A DNA stretch of 64,000 bases from Eledone cirrhosa (Eukaryota). Below the pieces are notes generated by a model, which was not told the origin of the DNA, ran no database searches, and worked only from the letters and a program-made list of their open reading frames with translations. The position numbers and the translations under genes are program-made. Location of the stretch: positions 56,110,001-56,174,000 of the forward strand of contig OZ024741.1 in assembly GCA_964016885.1 (NCBI GenBank), written 5' to 3'. Shown here one piece after another: positions 21,576-33,905 of this stretch. The stretch's first letter is position 1; each line of letters starts with the position of its first letter.

Positions 21576-21915
21576 ATCATCATCATCATCATTTTACGTC
21601 CACTTTTCCCTGCTTGCAAGGGTGGGATGGGAACTGATTCTGGCTTGATTTCTACAGCTGGATGCCCTTCCTAACGCCAACCTCATTTACAGTGAGTGCT
21701 GGGTGCTTTTTTGCCGTGGCACCTACACGACCACTTTGCAGTGGAATGATATGGACCCCAGTCCCTATCATCTCATTTCTACAGCTGAGTAAACTGGAGC
21801 AATGTGAAATAAAGTGTCTTGCTCAAGGAAACAACACATCACCTAGTCTGAGAATTGAACTCACAACCTTTCGATTGCAAGGCCAATGCTCTAACCACTA
21901 AGCCATGTGCCTCCA
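21576..21915 (-). mobile_element. tRNA-derived CORE-like SINE (family B) with an RTE-derived 3' half
   Basis: Minus strand has A box TGGCTTAGTGG, B box-like GAGTTCAATTCT and CORE-like CCTTGAGCAAGACACTTTATTTCAC. These are followed by sequence matching the 3' UTR of the 930-4357 LINE and a (GAT)n tail. Confidence 0.85.
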
Positions 21916-21919
21916 TATC

Positions 21920-22910
21920 TTTATTATTTCTTCTTTCTCACGCTGTTCTTTGGCTACATTACTAAACTAAGAGAACAGGTCATAACTAATGACTTAGAAA
22001 CTCTTGGTTACTTTCTCTGGGGGCTTATGTTTCCATCACCCTTTTCAAAATCCTAACTGTTCCTAGGAGTGTCGTTTTCTGGCGGAATACTACCTTTGCC
22101 TGGATCCCAAGATTCATCTTATTCATAGTTGGTCTTTGCACCCAGAGAAGGTATGTTGTGACTTCTATCAACCTGTTCGGGGTTTCATTAAGGTTTTGTA
22201 TTATAGACATAATTTCATTAACAAGTTCTTTATGCATCTCCGTAACTACATTTAGCCAAAAGTTAGGGATTTGGTCTATTCCAGGTGATTTCCATTTATG
22301 TGCTTTACTAAATGTCAGCCTTAACTTTCACAGCTCTATTTCTTGCCATTCCTGATGGTTAATATCTCTCATGCTGTCTATTTCTTTATTAATCCATTCA
22401 ACGTCTGTATTATATTGTTTTTCATTGCTCCATATATTTTCCCAGAATTATTGAACTTCATTCATCTTAGGTAGCTCCTTAATCTCCCTGGGTGATTCCC
22501 TATTTCCCGGTAAAATTTCTTTGCATCAGTTTGAAAGATTTTGTTTTGTTTGAAGAACTTGCTTCACTTATCGCATTGTCTAACTCTCTGTGCTTTGACC
22601 TGGATGTGTTGTTTCAAAGTCTCTTTGGTGTTTAATAGATTCTCTTCATCTGTGATTTTATACTTTCTTTTAACTTTCCTTGCTTTTCTAGTCTTTGCAC
22701 TCACAACCCTGCGTATCTCTTCGACTATTAACATTTCACCTCTCAGGTTATCAATTTCATTTTGTACTTTTTCTTTCTATTTAGGTTGTTCATGAATGTG
22801 TCTCGTTATCTTTTTCTTAATTTTACGACCAATTTTGCAGCTTGTATCTTAAGCTGTAGAGTATACAAGGTTAAGAAAGGTGAAATCGTTTTTGCATTCT
22901 GCTAAAATCT
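21920..22910 (-). mobile_element. Internally deleted R4/Dong-like (RLE-type) non-LTR retrotransposon remnant
   Basis: Minus-strand WKSPGIDQIPNFWL and HKELVNE...VTTYLL (RT N-terminus) are joined to the C-terminal RQKTTLLGTVRILKRVM motif. The RT core is missing. Confidence 0.7.
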
Positions 22911-22914
22911 TGCC

Positions 22915-23470
22915 ATTACGGCCCTTTCCATTCTGAGTTCAAATCCCGGCGAGGTTAACTTTGCCTTTCATCCTTACGGGGTGGATAAAATAAAGTACCA
23001 GTAATGTGCTGGGTAATTGCTGGCCTTGTGTCAAATGTAGAAACAACTATTATTATTATGGGCGGTGGAATGGCAGTATCGGTAGAGGATCGGACGCCAT
23101 GCTTTGCAGCATAGTTATGCCCCTTTACGGTCTGAGTTCAAATCTCGCTGAGGTAAACTTTGCCTTTCATCCTTACGGGGGTCGATTAAATAAAGTACCA
23201 GTAATGCACTGGGATAATTGCTGGCCTTGTGCCAAAAGTACAAACAATTATTATTATTATTAGGGCGGTGGATTGGCAGAATTGGTAGAGCATCGAACAT
23301 GATTCACAACATAGTTACGGCCCTTTACGTTCTGAGTTGAAATCCTGCCATGGTTAGCTTTGCCTTTCATCCTTACAGGGTTGATAAAATAAAGTACCTG
23401 TCATGCACTGAGGTTGATTTAATCAACTTTTGCTTGCCTTGTTCCTAAATCAGAAACCATTATTATTACT
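22915..23470 (+). mobile_element. Head-to-tail array of three family A SINE copies
   Basis: Copies at ~22915-23050 (5'-truncated), 23059-23255 and 23262-23465, separated by (ATT)n tails. Confidence 0.85.
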
Positions 23471-23619
23471 ATGCCTGTGTAGATAGTTTACATGGTTTTT
23501 TGTTTACCATGGCTGTAGGTAGTTTTTTAATAGATATTTATTTTTATATGCTAGCATGGAAAATTGACGTTAACCAATGATGATGATGTCTGCATTTAGA
23601 CACCAACTTTTATTTATTT

Positions 23620-24100
23620 ATTATTTTGAAAGAGTGCATCAAAATAATGCAACATTTATGTTCTATATTATAGTGTTGCAATCTTAACAATTGACTAAAT
23701 TATGGGTGTCTTTCAACTCCATTCTCTCAATTTCTAGATTTACTAGGATAGAGGTAGAATTTATCTTCACTTCTGGATAATAATGAGTATGTATGCTGTA
23801 TATGACTGCTTTTAAACATGTTTTCTGTTAACCCTATATAGTTATTTGTGATATGATATCATTTATGAATGTTATTTTAGCTTTATACACCAGGGTGCTT
23901 TTCAGGCATTTTCTATTAACTGGGCAGGACATGGTGTTGCTGCAATTGCATTCTGGTAATTGGTTTGGTTTCTTCCAAGTTCTACTACTATCTCTGTTAC
24001 AGTGGGATATTTCAATTGCAATTCTTTCCATGCCACTATAACTAACTTTTGCATTATTCTTATTAAAAAGTTTGTAATATTTGTGGATAAGGAAGTAGGT
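23620..24100 (-). mobile_element. Penelope-like element remnant (Zn-finger/GIY-YIG endonuclease region)
   Basis: KLFNKNNAKVSYS...CNCSNTMSCPVNRKCLKSTLVYKAKI, followed out of frame by GLTENMFKS. This fits the CNC...CP...CL...VY...YIG.TE..FK pattern of Penelope endonucleases. Confidence 0.8.
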
Positions 24101-24130
24101 AATATATATACACACATACATACGCACACA

Positions 24131-25555
24131 TACATCAAAGTCTTTAGACAATTAGTAAAATATATTGAAATTACAACCAAAACAAGATACTGTTGAAATG
24201 TTTACATAATACCGAGTAAAGTTAATCCTTTAGCATTTAAACCAGCTGTTACCAGCCGCTCATACTGACATTAAGGTATGGCTCTCAAAATAAATATCAA
24301 AATCTCGTAGATTCGATATTATGTGAGATAAAGCCTTTACATGAAAATATAATAGTGTATACAGAGTAATGTAAATGCTAAAGGGTTAATATACAAATAG
24401 TTAATAAATTTCTATATGATCCCCATTCATTGCACAAAAGACATCTAAACTATATTCAATTTCTGTCCATATCCTTCTTAACAATAGTTAACAATATCCT
24501 TCATCAATAGTTACAATGATGGCAGTTATTCTTTGCTTAAGGTCGAAAAAGCCCATCTGTGTTATATGTGGGGGACAAGGGTGGCTAAGGAATTAGGCCA
24601 CCTCTTCTTATCCAGTAATCTGGAAACCTTTCATTTAAAAATCTGTTTATTCCCCAATGAGGCAGTGCTTCATCTTGCTAAAAGATAACTTTGGGATGGA
24701 GCTCTTCTAGTTGTGGCACAGCATATTATTTTAAAACATCAAGGTAGGTATCAGCTGTTATTGTCTTTCCCAAAACAAAAAATGGACCAATAACTTTGTT
24801 GCATAAAATCCCTGACCACACATTGACATTTGGGTTGTCATTTCCCAAGTAATGTGGGGACTTTTTATCTCCAAATTCTTACTTTATGCTTGTTAAGCTT
24901 TCCAGACACATCGAAGGTTGCCTCATCCGTAAAGCAAATGTGATTAAGGAAGTTACGTTTTTTGATATTTTGCAGAATGCTGACAACAAACCTTTTTCGT
25001 TGCAGTTTATGATTTACCTTAATTGCTTGCAATAATTGAATTTTATATGCATATAGCCTCAGATTCTTATGGAACATTTTCTGAATTGTTGAACTCAGTA
25101 GTTGTAGTTGAGCAGAAGTACGAATGGACTTAGATGGGGAACGTTGGAATGGTTGATGGGTACACTCAATATCTTCTTCAGATGTTCTTGGCCTTCCTGT
25201 CCTTGGTTTATGTAGCACTGTCCCCATTTCCATAAATTCCTTATGCCAGTTGCGAATCAACTGATGTGCTGGAGCTTGTTTTCCATATTTATTTATGTAA
25301 TTTCTTTGTTTTGATAAACCAAGATTGTGCCTTTTCTTGTGGAGTAGTCATTGCCATCAGATTTTAGGGGCAATTTCTGGTAATTCTTTAATTGTAGTCT
25401 GAAACATTAAACCATAATGTAAATGAAACTATTAATATCATTAAAAGAACTTTAATAATAACATTAAAATGCAACAACAATTTAGTTGCCACCTTTTCTA
25501 AATTTTTTTGTAATGGCTTTTTGAAATTGTCTAAAGACTTTGAGGACACCCTGTA
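24131..25555 (-). mobile_element. Decayed Tc1/mariner DNA transposon
   Basis: Inverted termini TCAAAGTCTTTAGACAATT (~24136) and AATTGTCTAAAGACTTTGAGGACACCCTGTA (~25526-25555). Transposase remnants GRPRTSEE, FTDEATFDVSGKLNKHKVRIW and QDEALPH contain stops and frameshifts. Confidence 0.85.
24222..24389. mobile_element. piggyBac-type MITE nested in the mariner
   Basis: TTAA-TCCTTTAGCATTTA ... TAAATGCTAAAGGG-TTAA. Confidence 0.8.
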
Positions 25556-26286
25556 TATTTAATCCAGGAAATATCTGCTTGTATTAAACACTGCATGCAT
25601 GCATGGTCCCATAACTCCTGACGGAGTTATAGGGACTTCATATTGATATAGGCGTTTTTTAAAACCTAGCAGAGCCCATCTCTCCAGGTCTGAATACAGG
25701 TGATTTCTTCCAGAAAAAGATAGAGAGTGAAAGAACAGAAGTGAGGAAGAGATATACAGGAAGAATCAACCTCAGTACTTGACTGGTACTTTTTTTCTTG
25801 ACTTTCATATTAAAAAGTGGGTTAAACCAGTTGTCTTTTTCCAGTTATAAAACTCTGTGGCTTTTTTTTCTATATATTCCAATTTTTTTCACTGGTGCTG
25901 ATGGTCATTAATATAAATTCATTTTTATTAATATTTTTTTTAAATATGTCAATGCTATAGTTTTCCTATTGTTGGAGATTGGCAACCCATGGTCTCTGCC
26001 CACATCAGCACAATGTATACAGCTTCATGTTTATTGGGGTTTTTTTGTTTTTGATTTTGATTTTTCAAAGAAAAATTACTTAATAAATATTCTATGATTG
26101 ATGTATGTATGTCTATACACACACACATCACGTGTATGTGTGTATTTATATGTGCATAAGTTTGTGTGGGTTGTGTTTTTATGATTTTGTTTATTCCAAG
26201 TAAATGTGTGCATGGCTATGTAGATGTTGTTCAGAAGTTCACTTCTCAACCATAGGGCTCTGGTTTGAATCCCACTGCATACCACC

Positions 26287-26512
26287 TTAACCCTTTAGCA
26301 TTTAAACAGGCCATATCTGGCTAGAATTATCTCACCTATCCCTGTTAAAACCGGCTGTAACTGGCTGCTCATACTTGTGTTATGGTATTCTTCTCAAAAT
26401 AAATATCAAAATCTCATAGATTTGATATCATGTGAGATAACTTTGTGAAGTAAAGTGTTCACCGTGAAAATACAGTAGTAAATATAGAGTAATATAAATG
26501 CTAATGGATAAA
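26287..26512. mobile_element. piggyBac-type MITE nested in an old SINE
   Basis: TTAA-CCCTTTAGCATTTA ... TAAATGCTAATGG. It interrupts a tRNA/CORE-like SINE starting at ~26205. Confidence 0.75.
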
Positions 26513-26644
26513 GCAAATCTTTTCTACCATAGTTTCAGGAGAATGCAAGGTTTGTGTATAAATTTGGGACCACAGAAATTTTATGGCAGCCTATCACATG
26601 GACTTTACTCTCTGATACAAGAGCCAGCCATGTAATTCTGATTC

Positions 26645-26810
26645 TGTCTGTGGAATACTCAGCCACAGTTACATCACTTCTCTCTGGTAATTACATCAAT
26701 AGTGCAAATGTTTGTGGAATACTCAGCCACTTATACACAGTTACACTACTTCTCTCTGGTAATTACATCAATAGTGCAAATGTCTGTGGAATACTCAGCC
26801 ATTTACACTA
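26645..26810. repeat. ~66-bp tandem duplication inside a SINE-like repeat
   Basis: TGTGGAATACTCAGCCAC...CTTCTCTCTGGTAATTACATCAATAGTGCAAATGT is repeated. Related sequence occurs at ~8850-9060(-) and ~62890-63000. Confidence 0.75.
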
Positions 26811-27152
26811 CAATTCAATTAGTAGGAAGTTCCATTTATCCAGCAACTGGAATATTCGTTAAAATCAATGGATATCTTCATAATACATGTTGTCTGTATG
26901 CTACATGTATGTTTTACAGATATATGCATGTATTTCTTTTTGTAGAATTTCTGTGTGTGCATGCTATTATGTAGGGGCATGTACATATATGTGTATATGT
27001 ATGTATATATGTCAATATATATATGACTGGTTGTATATTGAATCATATATGAAATTTTCATGTAAATAAACATTTTTACTGGCTGTCTGTCATGCAGTGT
27101 GTACATGACAACCTCATCTTCTGTGTCTCACATGTAGTGTATCCTTAATAAT

Positions 27153-27313
27153 CATGTCCTCATTGTCTCTCATATACTGTTTCCATGACACCATGTCCTC
27201 ATTGTCTCTCATATACTGTTTCCATGACACCATGTCCTCATTGTCTCTCATATACTGTTTCCATGACACCATGTCCTCATTGTCTCTCATGTACTGTTTC
27301 CATGACACCATGT
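27153..27313. repeat. 39-bp minisatellite, four near-identical copies
   Basis: Unit CATGTCCTCATTGTCTCTCATATACTGTTTCCATGACAC at 27153, 27192, 27231 and 27270. Confidence 0.95.
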
Positions 27314-27503
27314 ACTTTGCAAACATGGAAGCATTTGCCTGTGGCATATCATTTGACCCAAATGTCTTAACATCTGATGATGTCACACCAGTGCCAGTTG
27401 CTGGTGTAATGATTGCATAATGACTGTGCATTGAAATACATATTGTGCAATAAATATAATTATGTAACCATAACATGTCATAACGTTAATTCATACATGT
27501 ATA

Positions 27504-27570
<67 letters not shown>

Positions 27571-27610
27571 ATATAAACACTGTATGTATATCCATACTGT
27601 ATGTATATAT

Positions 27611-27755
27611 CAGTCATGGGCAAACTGCAGCCTGTTTGGCTTTCTAAATGATGCACCTAATTTCAAAATTGCCTTGAATTATTTAGTATTACAACCTGTC
27701 TTATGATGAGCCACATCCTATGTAGCTCATTGCTGGAAAAAGGTTGCTCGACCAT

Positions 27756-27760
<5 letters not shown>
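27611..27760. mobile_element. Short hAT-like MITE
   Basis: CAGTCATGGGCAAACT terminus. Related copies with AGTTTGC.AATGACT-like ends lie at ~15200-15278, ~29467-29605 and ~63345-63476. Confidence 0.55.
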
Positions 27761-27802
<42 letters not shown>

Positions 27803-30489
27803 TGAGAACAGACCTCAGATCATTGAAGCTCACGGTGGAGAGATGCTGTGCTGAATAAGACCCGTCCCACCCTTGCAAGCAGGGAAAAGCGGACGTAAAA
27901 TGATGATGATGATGATTATATATATATATATATATATAATTGTGTGTGTGTGTGAGAGAGTGTACAACTTCTACCTCAATAATTACCTAATCATCAATCA
28001 TATTTTTGATTATATCAGATTTAACTGTCTATTGTCTCTACTGTTGTCTCTGTTACTATTATTATTATTACTAATAATAGTCTTATTTTTATTGTGTGTT
28101 GTCACTACATTATCTAGTATAGCTCGGTGTTCCTTGGGTATGTGCAGTGTTGTTTTTGGTGTTATTTCTATTGTATTGAGAGACTACTCTTCGTAATGCA
28201 TGTGCGGTGCCTAGTAGTGCTATTTTCTGTATGCTCTATATATTTGTAAGCCATTATTATTATCATTGTTATTATCATTATCATTGTTATTATCATTATC
28301 ATTTGCTTTTTACCTACCAATCACCCACATCCAGGAGAGAAGGTAACCCTTCATAGTAGGCAAGTCTCTATTTTGTCTTCTCTCTGTCTCTCTCTCTCTC
28401 CCTTTCTCCAACTGCACACATACACACTCCCCCTTTCTCCTCTATATGTTGGTTGTTGTCCTCCTCCTCTCCTTTTCCTCACTATATATATATATACGCA
28501 TATACATATGCATATACGCATACATATATACATACACACATACACATGTACATACACACATATATATATTTACACATATACATTCATATATACATACACA
28601 CATAGATACACACACATGCATGCATACATACACACGAGCCCTCACTCATATACACTTATACATATCAATTAGATTTTGGCCCTTCACAAGAGCCATAATT
28701 CTGCTTGTAAATCCTTCCCATGTGTTACTGGATTAAGGATTGCTTAGAACTGCTGCTCCTTTATACTGGGAAAAAAGGGGCTGCCTTTCTGTGGTGGAAA
28801 ATTACTTTTTTTTTTTTGGGTGGTGGGCTACTTTCTTCTGGTGGAGGGTTGTCCTTCTCTGGTGGAGGGTTGTCCTGCTTTGGTGGAGGGCTGACCTTCT
28901 CTGGTGAGGGCCACCCACAAGGTGAGATTTTTTAATGGTGTTTCTGAACTGTCTTTTTGAATTGTTAGTTTCCTCTTACATCCACTCAATGTTTCACTCC
29001 ACTCACCAACTCCATTCTGTGTCCAGTTTCACTCCTCATCACTCATCTTCCTTGTCACACTCAACCATAATGTACATTCTGCAACACTCACACTCTTATA
29101 TTCACTGCACCCAATACACCCGAATGTGTACCCCATACTTCATACTTTGAAGATGCTAATCCATGGGTTGCAGAGCTGGCCACATGTAGGACCCCAGCCC
29201 TACTAGTTGGAATGGCTATTCCAACACGTCTCTCTCACCCTCCTCCAGGGCAATGTTTTCTTCATTCTGGGCTCCCACACACAAGAGAATGTTTTCCTGT
29301 GTGTGGTAATTCAGTAAGATGCAGCACTTGTTGAATTTACTCTTTCAAAGTTCCACTTGCCCTGCTCCTGCCTTACCCCATTTGAAGTCTAATAAAAAAA
29401 GAAATTACTGTTACTACTATCAACCCTTTTTGTACCAAACTGCATGACACCACCCATGATCCTATATTAGGCATGGGCAACCTTTTACCAGCCACATAGG
29501 ATGAGGCTCATGATAAAGCAGATCACAATACTAAAAAATTCAAAGCAATTTTGAAATTAGGTGTGATATTCAGAAAGCCAAAGAGGCCATAGTTTGCTAA
29601 TGACTCTTCTGTATGTTAATTTTAAAGTGTTTATATTTACCTAAAAACCTTCCATCATAGACATAACTACAGCTAAAAAAAAGATCCCTTGCATTCATTT
29701 AACTTACATTCAATCACCCTCGCCATGAGACCATCAAATGGTGTGTATCATAATTTTATGTAAGAATATTTAAGTTATGTGTGTCAAACACCAACAAATA
29801 ATGAGAAAGTATTACTAAATTATATTACCCCAATTATATTACTTAAAGTATATTACTAAATCTCTTCAAATTCTGAATTATTTTCAAAACTGAGTATCAT
29901 AAGCAGTATTTTTCATTAGAAATATGCTAATAAAATGATAGTGTATATATTTATCTAAGCACCAACTTAATGATGAGAAAGTTAGTTATTTTACTAATTC
30001 TCTCCAAATTCTTGGTTATTTTCAAAATTATTTGAAAATCATGTTTGTGTGGTGTAGTGTGTTTGTGGTTAGGATTGTTTGGGAGGAAGCCAGTACAGAT
30101 TTTTGACATTTTTTTCCTTTCCAATAATAAGTTGGAGAATGAATTATTCAAGAATAATAACAATGCTCTCTTTCTCTCTCTCTCTCTCCACGTGCTACTG
30201 AGACAGCTAGATAGATAGCTGTGATATGATCACAGCTTAAAACATCCATAGCGTGGCTCTTGTATGTTTATACATAAACATAATGTATATCTTTCATATA
30301 CAGCCTCCTGTGCTGGCCCTTTTTGTTCCTTCTATAGGGGTATTTTTATATTTTTATAAGCTATTATGCTATTATTTTTAACAGTCAACTGGTGTTATAG
30401 ATATTTTCTGTTTGAGATTCCTACATTTCTTAAATTAATGTAATTGTTCAACATATATATATATATATATATATTCATTCATTTTTTCA

Positions 30490-30815
30490 TTTCATTTTAC
30501 GTTCGCTTTTCCCTGCTTGCAAGGATGGGACAGGAACTGATTCTGGCTTGATTTCTACAGCTGGATGCCCTTCCTAACACCAACCTCATTTACAGTGAGT
30601 GGTGGGTGCTTTTTTGCCGTGGCACCTCCACAACCACTTTGCAGTGGAATGATATGGACCCCAGTCTCTATCATCTCATTTCTACAGCTGAGTAAACTGG
30701 AGCAATGTGAAATAAAGTGTCTTGCTCAAGGAAACAACACATCACCCGGTCTGAGAATTGAACTCACAACCTTTTGATTGCAAGGCCAATGCTCTAACCA
30801 CTAAGCCATGTGCCT

Positions 30816-30817
<2 letters not shown>
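30490..30817 (-). mobile_element. Second copy of the family B SINE
   Basis: Nearly identical to 21576-21915. The spurious ORFs 21662 and 30565 give almost the same peptide. Confidence 0.85.
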
Positions 30818-30886
<69 letters not shown>

Positions 30887-32036
30887 GTTGAATAATTAAC
30901 TCTGGTTTCTCCTCACCCCAAGCGGATAAATCTTTCACCTTTTAATAAAGATCTCCGTGGGGAGGAACAGACTGATTGGCAGTATCAGTAGAGCATCAGA
31001 CAACATGCTTTACAGCATAGTTATGGTTCTGAGTTCAAATTCCACCGAGGTTAGCTTTGCCTTTCATCCTTTTGGGATTGATAAAATAAAGCACCAGTAA
31101 TGCACTGGGGTCGATTTAATCGACTTTCCCTTCCCCTTAAAATTGCTGGCCTTGTGCCTAAAGTAGAAACAATTATATATATATAAAACAGTTTTGTAGC
31201 TTTCTTGAAGCATTGTTTAATAGGAAATGCAAATTTAAATTTTGAAGACTAACACAATATGTTATGAAGATTGTTAAATTGCCAAGATAACAAAAGCATC
31301 TTACTTTAGCAAATTTAACAATCCCAAATATTTTCGGGTTTAAAAACCCATTATCAAAGGAGTAACCCTATAAAAGACTTAAAATCGATCGGATAGACTT
31401 GTTTGAATGAAAGCAGATTTAAATCTGCTCCCATAATATATATATTATGTTGAACAATGAAAACAAAAGCAAAGTTTAGTGCTTAATCAGTTCATTGTTT
31501 TATGATCGTTTCAGAAGGTTGATTGATCATGATAAATTGACATAGTGACTAATCAATAATAGTTATGTAACACCATATTCTTTGTCTTAAACAATGAACT
31601 AGAATCTTTGTTTGTAAGATATATATATATATATATATATATACATACATATACAGAAGTTGAAATACATTAATTGGATACCAGGACAGAGAATAAAAAG
31701 ATTCACAATCAAAGATGAAAAAATAAGTAATACAAATGAGGAGAAAAGTTAGAGATTTGAAGATAATGAAAGTTAGTCACTGAAAAGGAACCATTTGAAA
31801 GATTAAAAAGAATAAATAGATAAAATCTTTTGATTGTTTTTTTTACCTCTTGTTGGTTCTATCCTTCATTGGATTAATTTTTATTGCTGTCAAATCTTAG
31901 GAAGTTTGCACTGGGATTCAGTTTCCACGTATACTTATGCATACATACTTATACACTTAGACATATATATATGAGAGATATGCAGATACATATAAATATA
32001 AAAATATGAATAAATATACATATAAATATAAAAATA

Positions 32037-32107
<71 letters not shown>

Positions 32108-32352
32108 AAAAAGTGAATAGAAATAAAGCAAACAACACAGTACAATGAAGAAATATATTAGCTTTATGCTTGATATAGTGGGAAAAGAGTCTTAATGTTT
32201 CGGACACTTGACCATCATCAGAAAATAGAATGGGAAATTAAAGAAGGAATAGAAAGATAGAGAAGAGTGAGCAGTGTGGCAGAAACGAAAAAGTTTCTTG
32301 AAGAAAAAGCAGGTATGTTCAGGTCACCATCTCTTGGGTATATATGTATATA

Positions 32353-33158
32353 TCATCATCATCATTTAATGTCCATCTTGCATGCTAGCATGGATTGAAC
32401 GGGTTTGTCCCTCTTGAGGCAAGATTGGTCAGGAGACCATGTCTTGCTCGTATAAAACTTTCTGGCAGGTTTTCTATGGCTGGATGCCCTTCCTAATGCC
32501 AACCATATTTACAGTGTGCACTAGGAGCCTTTTTACCGTGTCTCCTACACGACCACTTTACAGAGAAAGGATGGTGTGGGAGAATAGAGTAGGGGGGTGT
32601 ATATTGTGTTAAGAGGGGCCTACTGACTATAGGTTTAAGTTTGTACGTAAGGGAAGGTGGGTCTTCAGTATAACTGCATAGTGCTAAAGATCTCGATGTA
32701 GTGACATTGTCTTAGAGAAGTGTAAGCAAAGTCTGTTTTTATCACCTTGGTCTGGGTCTACCTACACCGTAGCTTCCATCAATTTTGATTGCCCTGTACT
32801 CTTTTATACAGTTTTTGTCCTTCATATGCATCACATGTCCATACCAATGCAATCTCCTCTTCTGCACACATTTGATACCTCTTATTCTTAGTCTCTCTCT
32901 CAATTTGTTTATGCTTTGCCCACGTACATTACTATTACACATCCATTGGAACATACAAGCTTCGTTTCTTTCTAATCTATGCAAGTCTTCTGCACACAAC
33001 GCCCAGGTCTCACTACCATGTGACATTGCTGTTCGTATACAAGCATCATACAATTTGCCTTTCATTTTTAGAGAGAAACCCTTTGTGGCCAACAGTGGTA
33101 TTAGCTCTTTGAACCTTTTCCATCTCGTTCTAACTCTGATTACTGTACTTTCAGAACA
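32353..33158 (-). mobile_element. RTE LINE 3' fragment (degenerate)
   Basis: ORF 32742-33092 KGFSLKMKGKLYDACIRTAM...RRLHWYGHVM, followed by a 3' UTR and (GAT)n tail. Confidence 0.88.
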
Positions 33159-33404
33159 TATTTATTTATTTCACATTCCTCCAGCTGTAGAAATGAGTTG
33201 CGACATCACTGATGTCAAGCTGTATCGGCCATTGTCTTTCCCTTGGACATCATCGGTGGTGTGGAGAGGGAAGGCTATTGTGCATGGGTGACTGCTGGTC
33301 TTCCATAAACAACTTTGCCCAGACTTGTGCCTTGGAGGAAAACTTTCTAGGTGCAAATCCCATGGTTATTTGTGACCGAAGGTGGTCTTTACCCTGTATA
33401 TGTG

Positions 33405-33905
33405 TGTAGCGACGCTGGTTGGTCAGTCTAGTCACTACTTCTGATCAGATCCGAGAATAGTCCTTAAAAGGACTGTTATCGCATACGGTCTGATCAGATA
33501 TGAAGATAGCCCTTAAAAGGACTGTTGTCGCATATAGCCCTTAAAAGAACTGTTGAGGAGGGACAGACGAAAGCACAAGTTGAAAGGACGAAGCAAGGCG
33601 AGATGAAAATTCGATCAGCTATTTATTTTCACATGAAGCAACGATACGGGGTACAAGACGTGTGTGAGTGACAAAGCGTGGCAGAGTAAAGGAACAACGA
33701 TGCGCTAGCTGACTCTGCCAAATGTCGACTAGCGAAAGTGTTAGTAACCACTCTATTTATACATACTTTGTTGTTTAGTCGATGTGTAGGCGTTTATTCT
33801 GGTAGGTTCTAATTCTAGTAGGTTCTAATTCTGGTAGGTTCTAAGGGTTCTTTTGTTTCACGTTGAGTAGCTAGCTAACAGGTAGATGGCGCTGTATATT
33901 TCACA
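33405..33905. mobile_element. CpG-rich, possibly LTR-derived insertion with internal short repeats
   Basis: Composition differs from the flanks. Minus-strand TATA-like and AATAAA motifs, a 15-bp repeat AATTCTGGTAGGTTCT and a ~48-bp duplication at 33442-33555. No clear TSD. Confidence 0.35.

Noticed and set aside
27153-27313. CRISPR-like appearance of regular repeats (also 36180-36530)
   Set aside because: The units are directly adjacent with no unique spacers, the context is eukaryotic, and there are no cas genes.
28335-28342. 8-nt micro-exon candidate CAG|GAGAGAAG|GTAACC, possibly paired with 32261-32312
   Set aside because: It shifts the frame on its own, and the compensating exon has a purine-rich, implausible acceptor. 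It cannot be supported without RNA data.
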